A stretch of DNA of 34,872 bases. Origin: an uncultured archaeon. GTDB taxonomy: Archaea; Asgardarchaeota; Thorarchaeia; Thorarchaeales; Thorarchaeaceae. This document shows, one piece after another, positions 8,847 through 17,371 of this stretch. The DNA lies in the NCBI GenBank assembly GCA_964473825.1, contig CAYYQL010000025.1, positions 1-34,872 of the forward strand, given 5' to 3'. The number at the start of each line of letters is the position of its first letter. The first letter of the stretch is position 1. A program made the position numbers and the translations under genes. The notes beneath the pieces were generated by a model. That model saw nothing but the letters and a program-made list of their open reading frames with translations, had not been told where the DNA came from and searched no databases.

Positions 8847-9663
8847 CCATAGGGCTCCTGGATATTCCGGACTCTGTCAAGAGGGCATCGCACGCCTCTT
8901 CAATTGACTCTTTCGATTCTCCAGCATAGAATATTCCATCCACTTGCGAATTCTCGAATCTCAGTTCGAGGGCCTCTTTATCCCCGAATGGATAGAATAT
9001 CACAGCATAGAATCTAGAATCCGGATATTCATCCTTCATGTGCGCGGCCTTGTTAATAATCTCGTCACTTCTCTTATGGATGTCTCTTGGCGACTGAATC
9101 CGCTTGACATCCACTCCAATCTCGATGCGTCCCTTGGCGGGATATGCTGCATCAATCTCATACTTACGATTCTTGAACTTCCGTTTCTTGAATTCTAGGC
9201 CGGAGAGTACATCTAGGGTCTGCCTGACCACCCCTTCCCAACCGGTTCCCTTAAACTTGCGCGTTTCTTTATCGATATACCACCACTGGTCAGTGAGAAT
9301 CACCTCTTTCATCGTGATCTTGTCTGGAAGAAATGCCTTCAGAAATTCTGCAATCCGTTCTGCCTTACCCAGAGAGATCTTGTCTGGGTAGGTATCCACG
9401 TTCATCCCGGTTGCCAGTCGGAAGACTCGTTGAGCTATGTTGCAGACCGCGGAGAGCGATTTGAGCAGGATGGGAGCCTCATGGATTGCTAAGGCCAATT
9501 GATGAGGTGTCATGTCAGACAAGTTAATCGCGGTTTCTTCGACGATTGTCAGGTGATCCCCCATATGTTCTCGGATAGCCTTTTCGATCTGTATCTTTCT
9601 TCTCGAATGTTTCTCCAGCAGTTTGAAGTACAGTACCTTCTGAGGCTCAAACTCATCTCTCAT
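8821..9663 (-). CDS. Putative Type II restriction endonuclease (PD-(D/E)xK)
   Basis: GWE…YEIDAAYP…IGVDVKR catalytic pattern. Overlaps the MTase start by 26 bp. Likely ATG at 9663; the track start is 9711. Confidence 0.75.
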   Translation of the reverse strand: MRDEFEPQKVLYFKLLEKHSRRKIQIEKAIREHMGDHLTIVEETAINLSDMTPHQLALAIHEAPILLKSLSAVCNIAQRVFRLATGMNVDTYPDKISLGKAERIAEFLKAFLPDKITMKEVILTDQWWYIDKETRKFKGTGWEGVVRQTLDVLSGLEFKKRKFKNRKYEIDAAYPAKGRIEIGVDVKRIQSPRDIHKRSDEIINKAAHMKDEYPDSRFYAVIFYPFGDKEALELRFENSQVDGIFYAGESKESIEEACDALLTESGISRSPMDETLEDNS

Positions 9664-9739
9664 ATTGACATCCCCGCCCAGGCCGCGCCCATACCCGTCC
9701 CATTGTATCAAGAATCAGCCGCATATCATTCTCCTCGGT

Positions 9740-9970
9740 CTATCTCCCTATGATTCGGTGACCCATGCCAACCATGAGTGCAAGAATGACAAGCAACGCA
9801 CCAGCAATGACAGTAAGGAGTGCTCCAAGTGTAGATGTCGATTCTTGCAACGGAATCAACATGAAGTGTGCACTTGACAAGGCAATGAACACGTCTTCCA
9901 TGGGTCTATCCCGTCCTGCGAATATGATGGTTGTTGGCGGTCGTTCCGGACCGATTCCCCTACTAGTCAT
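9740..9970 (-). CDS. Small membrane protein (start uncertain)
   Basis: C-terminal hydrophobic helix LGALLTVIAGALLVILALMVGMG. A TTTTTATA box lies about 25-30 bp upstream on the minus strand. Confidence 0.5.
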   Translation of the reverse strand: MTSRGIGPERPPTTIIFAGRDRPMEDVFIALSSAHFMLIPLQESTSTLGALLTVIAGALLVILALMVGMGHRIIGR

Positions 9971-10070
9971 ATCCTAAATAGGACATGGGCGGACTATAAA
10001 AACGTGGGCTAGCTCAAGCGGTATTCAGGGTAAGTGCCGCGGAAAAACCAGCTCACGAACCACTCTACTC

Positions 10071-10493
10071 TCACTGATCAATCCTTGAGGAGCGATGTAG
10101 AACTACAGTCAATCCGACGAAGTATGCAGCCATGCCAATTATGAAGATCCAATCTAGGACCCGCATAACTTGGCCGAGCAATACTGTATAAAACAAGGGA
10201 GCGGCGACGATAAAGACATATAGTCCGTTAAGGAGGAACTTAGAAACACTCACTTCTGTTGCCTCTCGGTAGAGTCCGTATCCCAAGACCGTTTGCGCTA
10301 GTCCTATCAGAATAAGAAACAAGAAGAATGCGGCCACTAGGTTAGGACGATTATCACCAATATAGATTGCCAGATTTGAGAGAGAGCCAGTAAAAACGAA
10401 GAAGAAGCCATAGAACACAGACATCGCCGTGAGATTGCCCTTGGCCTGTTCTTCTTTGTCGGTTGTCTTCAAGCTACGCGGGGTATCTACCAT
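10071..10493 (-). CDS. Four-TM membrane protein, hypothetical
   Basis: Four hydrophobic segments. GGAGG RBS lies upstream of the ATG at 10493. Confidence 0.7.
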   Translation of the reverse strand: MVDTPRSLKTTDKEEQAKGNLTAMSVFYGFFFVFTGSLSNLAIYIGDNRPNLVAAFFLFLILIGLAQTVLGYGLYREATEVSVSKFLLNGLYVFIVAAPLFYTVLLGQVMRVLDWIFIIGMAAYFVGLTVVLHRSSRIDQ

Positions 10494-10588
10494 TTGTTCA
10501 TTCCTCCAGTATCTCCTGGATCGCTCTGGGCGTCTGAGCAAGTCGCTTTCCATTCTCCTTTGGCTACCGGCACTGCTCAATCACACCC

Positions 10589-11071
10589 TCATCTATCCTT
10601 CGATCTCTGCTGTGATGATATAGCATTCCAGACTGCTTCAACAAAGCCAGCAGACCCCTCGAGTTTGAAGACCTCGGCAGGGGTGTAGATCTTGACCGCT
10701 TCCCTCTTCACGAGGGCCCAGAGCATGATGAGTACAACTCCGAGCATCATGAAGGGGAGCATGAGATAGAGCCCCCCGGGGCCATAAAATACCATTGCCA
10801 GGCCAGGAATGAACACAACGACGAATGGCCAGAGCAACAGAATTATCCCTGCTGCAAGCATTTTTGACCCAAATCTCCGCCACTTCTCCATCCATGCTGC
10901 ACCGATGAAGGACAGCAGGAGTTCGAAGGTCGTCCACGTCTTTCCTTTGGCAATCAGTCGGTTACTGTCAATGCGTATCTCCACGAACTCGATATCGTTG
11001 ATCTCAAACCTCTCTGAACGTTTGAACTCCTCAGAATACATGTAGGGAGTTTCTTGCTTACGTACCTCCAT
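10589..11071 (-). CDS. Two-TM membrane protein, hypothetical
   Basis: Soluble beta-rich N- and C-parts flank two TM helices. GGTGA RBS precedes the ATG at 11071. Confidence 0.7.
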   Translation of the reverse strand: MEVRKQETPYMYSEEFKRSERFEINDIEFVEIRIDSNRLIAKGKTWTTFELLLSFIGAAWMEKWRRFGSKMLAAGIILLLWPFVVVFIPGLAMVFYGPGGLYLMLPFMMLGVVLIMLWALVKREAVKIYTPAEVFKLEGSAGFVEAVWNAISSQQRSKDR

Positions 11072-11277
11072 ACAATCACCACGACGAAGAATCACCTTCC
11101 TCTTAGATATAAGACTTCTCTGTACTTGTAGGTCTGTTGCAACGAATGCCGAGTTTCTAGTTCCTCTGTCACGAATTCCTTGACCCCGTCCCTAGATACG
11201 CGTGAGGGGAATGGAGTATAACCCCTCTCAGGCTTGGCAGTTCATTCTCATATGGCAAATCCTTCTAGAGAAACGCA

Positions 11278-11790
11278 TCACTTAGTTGCTTCTATCTCGT
11301 CCAGCCGGTCTTTGAGCTTCTGAAGCCATTCAGCTTGCTCGCCTATTTCCAGAAGAAGATCGGCTGCCAGGTCTTTCTCATCTTCGACGAGGGCCATTCG
11401 ATGAACGGCTCTCAGAAAGCCCCGATTCATAAGGATTGCTCTAGCCAATATCCGCAACTCATAGACCGGGTCGGTCGGGGTCCTTCGTCTTTCGACATAT
11501 TCAAAGAAAAGATACTCAACTCTAGACCTCCGTTCCAGCAGTTCGCCCATAACTTTGACCCAAGACACTCTTCGTTGTTTGTCAGGCTTGATGATGTAGA
11601 CAAACAACAAGAGTCCGATGCCGATTGCAATCACAATGATTCGGAGATGAGTCTCAGAGATCCATAGCTCAACCCCCATGAGACCCACTGCTGCGCCGAC
11701 TATCGCTACAAGCGGCATTATAATCCAGTACACTCTCTGCTGTAGGGGTATTTTCGGTTCGAGCTGCGCTTCTGGGAGGTCTTCATCCAC
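11278..11790 (-). CDS. Two-TM membrane protein with helical C-terminal domain
   Basis: Two hydrophobic helices followed by charged amphipathic helices. Starts 5 nt after the wHTH stop. Confidence 0.7.
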   Translation of the reverse strand: MDEDLPEAQLEPKIPLQQRVYWIIMPLVAIVGAAVGLMGVELWISETHLRIIVIAIGIGLLLFVYIIKPDKQRRVSWVKVMGELLERRSRVEYLFFEYVERRRTPTDPVYELRILARAILMNRGFLRAVHRMALVEDEKDLAADLLLEIGEQAEWLQKLKDRLDEIEATK

Positions 11791-11795
11791 TACCT

Positions 11796-12098
11796 TTACC
11801 CCAGTTCAAGAATGTCCTGTATTTCCTTGAGTTTTTCGGCGATCTTCTTTCCCTTCTCAGTGATTACCAGGTAGGTCCGAGGACGGGGCCCCTCCTCCAT
11901 CTCTTCGGTTATCAATCCAAGTCGGGCGAGATTCTCCCGCACCTTGTTTAACGATGTGAGGCTTACTATTCCCTCTGGGTTGACACCGGATCTCCTAAGC
12001 TCGGTGATATAGCGTGGCTTTTCCAGAATGAGGATTAATGCCCGAAGCGCTCCATTTTGCTCGAGGAGTTCCAGCTCTTCCATTAGGGTTCCCACCAT
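11796..12098 (-). CDS. Winged-helix transcriptional regulator (MarR/HxlR/PadR-like), putative element repressor
   Basis: PRYITEL…SLNKVRENLARLGLI…PRPRTYLVITEKGKKIA wHTH signature. Confidence 0.85.
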   Translation of the reverse strand: MVGTLMEELELLEQNGALRALILILEKPRYITELRRSGVNPEGIVSLTSLNKVRENLARLGLITEEMEEGPRPRTYLVITEKGKKIAEKLKEIQDILELG

Positions 12099-12135
12099 TT
12101 CTAGCTCTGTCCGGTTCTTATCCCTTATCTGTTAA

Positions 12136-12152
12136 ATGTCAAGACTTGACAT
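12136..12152. promoter_or_regulatory. Palindromic operator 1 (ATGTCAAG-A-CTTGACAT)
   Basis: Perfect 8-1-8 inverted repeat in the divergent intergenic region. Confidence 0.8.
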
Positions 12153-12189
12153 GCAATATCCTTAATAGGACGTGACTACTAACCATCGT

Positions 12190-12213
12190 ATGTCAATTAT
12201 TGACATTTGACAT
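12190..12213. promoter_or_regulatory. Palindromic operator 2 (ATGTCAAT-T-ATTGACAT) plus an adjacent TTGACAT half-site
   Basis: Perfect 8-1-8 inverted repeat sharing the ATGTCAA-N3-TTGACAT consensus with operator 1. Confidence 0.8.
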
Positions 12214-12224
12214 GGTGAGAACTG

Positions 12225-12599
12225 ATGTCACGGACACAGACCGAACCTGGAATGGGCCCGCCTGAGGAGCGGGACGAGAAACGTTGGTACATGGATGCCG
12301 ACGTGAAATCTGATTTTGAGATCATGAAGACGAGGCTTGAGAAAATCCTTGGCCGGACTCTCACGCAGAGCGAATTCGTAGCTCTGCTCAACTCCCGAGA
12401 GACGCAGATCCTGCGATTGTTCACGGTTTCCACGTGGAAGCGTAAGCATGACTGTGCATCCTGCGGAGAGCCGGTGGTCGTTGTGAAGATTGATGATGGT
12501 TACGTCATCACGTGTGGCTGTGGTTCATTCTACAGACCACTAGAACTAGATCCTGCCGGGAATCCCCAGCTATGGATGGAGGTGCCGGTGCATGGCTAG
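12225..12599 (+). CDS. Small putative DNA-binding protein with C-terminal Zn ribbon
   Basis: Helical N-part (KTRLEKILGRTLTQSEFVALL) and CASC…CGCG. GGTGA RBS. Divergent from the wHTH gene. Confidence 0.7.
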   Translation: MSRTQTEPGMGPPEERDEKRWYMDADVKSDFEIMKTRLEKILGRTLTQSEFVALLNSRETQILRLFTVSTWKRKHDCASCGEPVVVVKIDDGYVITCGCGSFYRPLELDPAGNPQLWMEVPVHG

Positions 12600-13901
12600 G
12601 TCCTCCTCCAAAGAGAAGGTCTCCGACGAGGAGCTCGCTGAAATTGACGCCATCGGCGAGTTCGTAAAAAATGAAAAACCCTGCACTTCAGAGAGAATCT
12701 CTGCTATTCTGTACATGAAGTCATCAGGTGTGTTCCCATGAATCCTCACATTTGGCTTGGGCTCAAGAAGATTGATTTCTTCGATTACCTCCAGCGCCAA
12801 CCAGGTCAAGTCATTGGTGAGATCCTCGCCGCTAGGGCCGCATCCACTCAGAGTCATTAGCTGACCGAAGCTTGAGTTGATTCCTTGATTGATGCCCAAC
12901 CTACCTTGATAGTCATATACGTAGTTGTGCTTTATCCAATAGCAGTGTAGCAGCTCCTTGGCCCAATCTCGAGTAATGGTACCGGACTCAATATCCTTCT
13001 TGTAGAACGGATACATGTATTGATCCCAACGGCCGAAAGAAAGCCCAGCTCCCGGATAGGATTCTGCCGCCATTACCAGCATGTGTGTGAACCAGAGTGA
13101 TTGCAGCGCCTGCCAGAAAGTTTCAGGAGGTTCCCATGGCACGTTTCTGCATATCTGTGCAATCTCTTCTAGCTCCCTTCTTCTTTCAGGATTCTGTTCA
13201 TCACTTGCTAAATCAGAAGCCTTACGTGAATAGCGTTGAGCAAGGTCTCTTGCTGTCTTGCAACTCAGAATGAGAGCATCGATGAACTCCCTATGCTCGT
13301 CTGAAAGACTCGTGTCTTTGAGCTCCTCATATTCCTGAACCAACCCCTTGAATCCTTTCGCAAGGACTTTTTCATAGTTGGGAATTACATGCCCTGGTAC
13401 TGAGGCTGCGGTGCCAACTCCCACATTGTTTAGTCTGCTGGCCTCCTTGAACCACCTTGCCATTTCTTTATTCCTTTGCTTTATTTCGGTCTTGTTGAGA
13501 CAGCGGGACAAGGCAGTATTGAAATTGAATCCGACAATCAGCTCCCCATCAATTATGCTCACAGGCATGTATCTTATCATGACCTCGTGGAAGAAGACCG
13601 CCCTGCGCATCTCAAGGGTCTTTTTCCAGAAGTCCTTGGGGAGCTCAACCTCCACTGCCATCGCCTTGAGAGTTGCATCAATCGATGGAAAGAACGGGTA
13701 GATAGCTGGTTCATTTGCCCAGTCATGATACGAGTAGACTTCATCCCACTCAGACCCAGTAGTGAAGGAGTATGGTTCATTGGTGAGCTCTCTTTCATGG
13801 AAAGAGTAGAAGTGGTCTCTGAGTCTCGTGACACGATCTGATAGACTTGTTGAGGGCGACCATATTTCAACTCGTTCTTGAGGGCGTTCTTCCACTGTCA
13901 T
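12570..13901 (-). pseudogene. Glycyl-radical enzyme (PFL-family), C-terminally truncated
   Basis: IIDGELIVG, PGHVIPNYEKVL, PETFWQALQSLWFTH, SFGRWDQYMYPFY and EPKPNVRIH are present. Similarity ends at about residue 408-413. There is no catalytic Cys loop and no RVxGY glycyl-radical motif. Confidence 0.85.
12592..12741 (+). pseudogene. Truncated/chimeric ORF: about 29 element-derived codons run into the antisense of the GRE gene
   Basis: GGAGGTG RBS and an ATG overlapping the upstream gene end. Reads MARSSSKEKVSDEELAEIDAIGEFVKNEK, then GRE-antisense sequence to TGA at 12741. Confidence 0.55.
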
Positions 13902-14073
13902 CGTTCTAACACCGACTGAGCGTAGGCTATCATGTCAAAGAGAGTAATAAGGATGGCTCCAGGTGACTTGCTCTGAAGACATTGACGGCCACGTTGACCA
14001 AGTTTGGAGTGATGATAGGTAGAGCGTCATTCTGATAAGTGCCTTTGTCTTTGCTCTTCCTGTGTGAACACCA

Positions 14074-14220
14074 ATGGCTGATTTGAAACTAGTCGTGAAA
14101 GGCGAGAACATCCCGATGAACGAGTTCGTGAGTAACATACTCAATGATCTGATGATGTCTTTTCTTACCAATCTCAGAAACGTGGACATGGATAAGATAG
14201 ACAAGATTGAGGTATCCTGA
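14074..14220 (+). CDS. 48-aa protein resembling the MobB C-terminal domain
   Basis: Below the ORF-track cutoff. MADLKLVVKGENIPMNEFVSNILNDLMMSFLTNLRNVDMDKIDKIEVS; directly upstream of AOR. Confidence 0.65.
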   Translation: MADLKLVVKGENIPMNEFVSNILNDLMMSFLTNLRNVDMDKIDKIEVS

Positions 14221-14246
14221 GCTGGTCCTCGCGGAGTTGTGAGATA

Positions 14247-16079
14247 GTGATTCATCATTGTTGGAACGGTAGAATACTCCAGATAGACCTCACTGACGAA
14301 GCGGTATCCGAAAAGAAGATACAGCCGGATATATACGAACGCTTCATTGGTGGGAAAGGTCTAGGAACGTATCTACTGTATACCTTTGTCGCCGAGGGAA
14401 TCGACCCTCTCAGTCCCGAGAACTCTCTGTTCTTAATGACTGGGCCCTTGCAGGGTCTTAGAGCCCCGAACGTTGGTCGATGGAGTCTTCTTACCAAGTC
14501 TCCCCTTACCGGACTGTATCTTGACAGTCATTGTGGAGGAGCTCTTGGTCGCGAGATTAAGAACGCAGGATACGATGCCATACAGATAACCGGGAGGGCG
14601 AAAGAACCTGTTGTTCTCAACATCAAGGATGACCAAGTGGACTTTCGGAATGCTCGGGACCTGTGGGGAAAGGGCACTGTAAAGACCACCCGCATACTTG
14701 CTGACGAATCTGATGCCCGCGGCTCGGTATATGCTATCGGTCCAGCCGGAGAGAAGCTGGTGAAGTTTGCAACAGGATGCTGTGAACTGGCTCATCAGAC
14801 CGGCCGAGGGGGTGCAGGTGCCGTGATGGGTTCCAAGAATCTGAAGGGTGTAGTCGCAAGAGGAACAGGAGAGGTTGATTCCGCAGATCCAGATGCTCTA
14901 AGAGATGTAAACCGAGAAGTAACAAAGACATGGTCCGAGAAAGAGGATTACGATTTCAAGGATTTGGGCACAGGCTTCTTACCTGAACTGGCTAATGAAT
15001 TGGGCCAGTTTCCTTCTCGGAACTGGCGGAGCGGCTACTTTGAGCATGTAGAGGGTCTTGACATGTATGATGCTGAGAAGAAGTGGGGGGCGGGTGCACA
15101 CCATTCCTGTCCACATTGCATTATGCGTTGCACAAGAGCATACAATACCGAAGATCCCTTTGGCTCGGGCGACCAAGTAGAATCAATGGTTGAGTATGAG
15201 ACTCTTGGCCTGATGGGAGGGAACTTGGGAATTGATGATGTCCAGGCTGTTTTGAAGCTGAACTACATCTCAGACGATTATGGTGTTGACACAATCAGTG
15301 CTGGCGGTGTCATAGGTTTTGCAATGGAAGCCTACGAACAGGGTCTTATATCACAAGAAGAACTAGGATTTGAGCTGACTTTCGGTGATGGAAACGCTGC
15401 GATGGACACTCTACATCTGATTGTGTCAAGAGAAGGGTTTGGAGATGTTCTTGCCGAAGGCGTCAAGACTGCCGCAGAGAGTATTGGGGAGCCTGCTCAG
15501 GACTTGGCTGTTCATGTTAAGGGATTAGACTGCGCTGCATGGGACCCGAGGGGTCGAAGAGGCATGGGTCTATCATATGCAACTGCTGATGTTGGGGCAA
15601 GCCACTTAAGAGGCTGGCCGGCGACAACCGAACCTCCTAATGCTTCAGCTGTAGATCTTGTCGAATCAATGGTGAGGGCCCGCAACGAAAAAGTCTTCAC
15701 TGATTCCCTTGTGGTCTGCCACTTCACATATCATCTGCCTATGTCCCTTGAGCAGAAAATCCGTCTCCTGAATGGCGCAAGTGGGTTAAACTACGATGAA
15801 CATAGCATCATGGAGTTTGCGGAACGCGTGGCTACCCTTAGTCGTCTCTTCAACTATCGTGAAGGAATCACACGGCAAGATGATAGACTGCCTAAGAAAT
15901 TCTGGACTCCTCAAGATCAGGGCCCCCGAGAGGGTCTCAAGTCCTTTATCGACAAAAAGGACTTCGAAAAAAGCCTTGACCGATTCTACGAGCTCCGCGG
16001 ATGGAACGAGAATGGAATACCCGAGTATGACAGAATCCGCCAACTCGGACTATCTGATATCGTTGAAAACCACGAATAG
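14247..16079 (+). CDS. aor: Tungsten-containing aldehyde:ferredoxin oxidoreductase family protein
   Basis: FIGGKGLG, TKSPLTG, GRGGAGAVMGSKNLK, CPHCIMRC, EYET, DDYGVDTIS and YELRGW motifs. Confidence 0.95.
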   Translation: MIHHCWNGRILQIDLTDEAVSEKKIQPDIYERFIGGKGLGTYLLYTFVAEGIDPLSPENSLFLMTGPLQGLRAPNVGRWSLLTKSPLTGLYLDSHCGGALGREIKNAGYDAIQITGRAKEPVVLNIKDDQVDFRNARDLWGKGTVKTTRILADESDARGSVYAIGPAGEKLVKFATGCCELAHQTGRGGAGAVMGSKNLKGVVARGTGEVDSADPDALRDVNREVTKTWSEKEDYDFKDLGTGFLPELANELGQFPSRNWRSGYFEHVEGLDMYDAEKKWGAGAHHSCPHCIMRCTRAYNTEDPFGSGDQVESMVEYETLGLMGGNLGIDDVQAVLKLNYISDDYGVDTISAGGVIGFAMEAYEQGLISQEELGFELTFGDGNAAMDTLHLIVSREGFGDVLAEGVKTAAESIGEPAQDLAVHVKGLDCAAWDPRGRRGMGLSYATADVGASHLRGWPATTEPPNASAVDLVESMVRARNEKVFTDSLVVCHFTYHLPMSLEQKIRLLNGASGLNYDEHSIMEFAERVATLSRLFNYREGITRQDDRLPKKFWTPQDQGPREGLKSFIDKKDFEKSLDRFYELRGWNENGIPEYDRIRQLGLSDIVENHE

Positions 16080-16087
16080 GGGACGTG

Positions 16088-16525
16088 TTAGCCAAAGAGA
16101 CGTGCCTTGAAGTCTTTTCGCAGTAACACCTCATGCCCTTCTTTGGTAAACCCGGCGTCTGTGTAGAGCTGGACCACGTCAGCTCGCTCCGTACTAACGG
16201 CACTTTCGAGGGCTCGAATTCCCCTCTCCTCTGCAAGAGAAACAGCCTTCTGAAGAAGAGCGGGACCAACAGTCGAAGATTCGACGGGGTCATCTATCTC
16301 GAAGTTACGGATGACTCCAACCTTCCCTAATCTGGAATCGCCCCGGATGTCCAGCTTCAGAGCAGCTACCACAACATCATCAGCTGTTGCGATGATGAAC
16401 ATGGTCTCGCTCACTGAGGCCGTCCTTGCAAGCGAGAGCCCTTGGAAGTCAAGCCCCTCTCGATTGTAGAACTGCTCAAGTGCAGACCTATCTCTTGCGG
16501 TTGCAAGTCGAGTGTCGAACTCCAT
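16088..16525 (-). CDS. GNAT-family acetyltransferase (divergent)
   Basis: VGPALLQKAVSLAEERGI…VQLYTDAGF pattern. Confidence 0.75.
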   Translation of the reverse strand: MEFDTRLATARDRSALEQFYNREGLDFQGLSLARTASVSETMFIIATADDVVVAALKLDIRGDSRLGKVGVIRNFEIDDPVESSTVGPALLQKAVSLAEERGIRALESAVSTERADVVQLYTDAGFTKEGHEVLLRKDFKARLFG

Positions 16526-16609
16526 ATCAATGAAACCCCACAGGATTCAGGCCGCAAGCCCGCGCACTCACCGATAAAGTTTCTGTATTGCCTTGGAATG
16601 GGCGGAGCA

Positions 16610-17368
16610 CTATCGGATCACATTGTATATCTTGTCAATGCATTGGACGAACTCGCTGTCTGGATGCCTTAGGATCACAACGTATCTGCTGCCTGCCTCG
16701 ATGAGGATGGGAAGCAGCGGTATTATCGTTGCGACTTTGGTCTTGAATTTCTGTTGAACCTCTTTGATAATGGCTTCGTCCTCGTAGATTCTTGGCTTCT
16801 TATTGACTATGATCTTGATATCAGGAACCTGCAGCTTTCTGGCAACGCTCAGTGTTGCTGCTGTGCCTAGCAGATCCTGTTCATCGATTCGCACGACCAC
16901 AAAGAGGAAGTCGGCTGTTGCCATTGACAGGAGAGTTTCCCTGTCAAGCCCGGGATGAGTATCAATGATCAGGTAGTCGAGGTTCTTCTTCTCTAAGACC
17001 TCGTTGAAACCATTTCTCAAATCACTGACTTCATAGCCTTCTCGAAGGATTCGAGTTATGTCTGAGGCGGTCATCGAACTCGGAATGAGGAAGAGCTTGC
17101 CGTTCTTGATGCGTTGTTGTTTTGTGATGTCTAGACAGGCATCGGTAATGTCACACTCGCCCCGCAGGTAGTCGTTCAGAGTGTACTTCTGTTTCTGTCT
17201 GCCTAAACCAAAAATGACGTGGATCCCTGGAGATGCCATGTCTGTGTCCATCACTGCAATCCGCTTTCCATCAAGGGCTGCGGCTGCGGCAAGATTTGCG
17301 GCAATGTTGCTCTTGCCGGTACCTCCTCTAAAGGAATGGATGCTGACTATCTGTCCAACCATCTTCAT
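16610..17368 (-). CDS. MinD/ParA-family ATPase
   Basis: HSFRGGTGKS deviant Walker A, MDTD and IIDTHPGL (Walker B), IIVNK. Confidence 0.93.
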   Translation of the reverse strand: MKMVGQIVSIHSFRGGTGKSNIAANLAAAAALDGKRIAVMDTDMASPGIHVIFGLGRQKQKYTLNDYLRGECDITDACLDITKQQRIKNGKLFLIPSSMTASDITRILREGYEVSDLRNGFNEVLEKKNLDYLIIDTHPGLDRETLLSMATADFLFVVVRIDEQDLLGTAATLSVARKLQVPDIKIIVNKKPRIYEDEAIIKEVQQKFKTKVATIIPLLPILIEAGSRYVVILRHPDSEFVQCIDKIYNVIR

Positions 17369-17371
17369 TCA

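Larger units (their letters stand above)
1..12675. mobile_element. Provirus-like or integrative defence island (left end outside the window; no integrase seen)
   Basis: Dense defence genes (R-M, DUF262-HEPN, GHKL), orphan membrane genes, a divergent repressor/early-gene switch, degraded gene fragments and an abrupt junction inside a host GRE gene at about 12.66-12.68 kb. Confidence 0.65.

Noticed and set aside
11203-11230. GAGGGG…CCCCTC hairpin as an ncRNA or origin
   Set aside because: The stem is short and imperfect, occurs once and has no other support. At most it is a terminator-like element after the 11278 stop.
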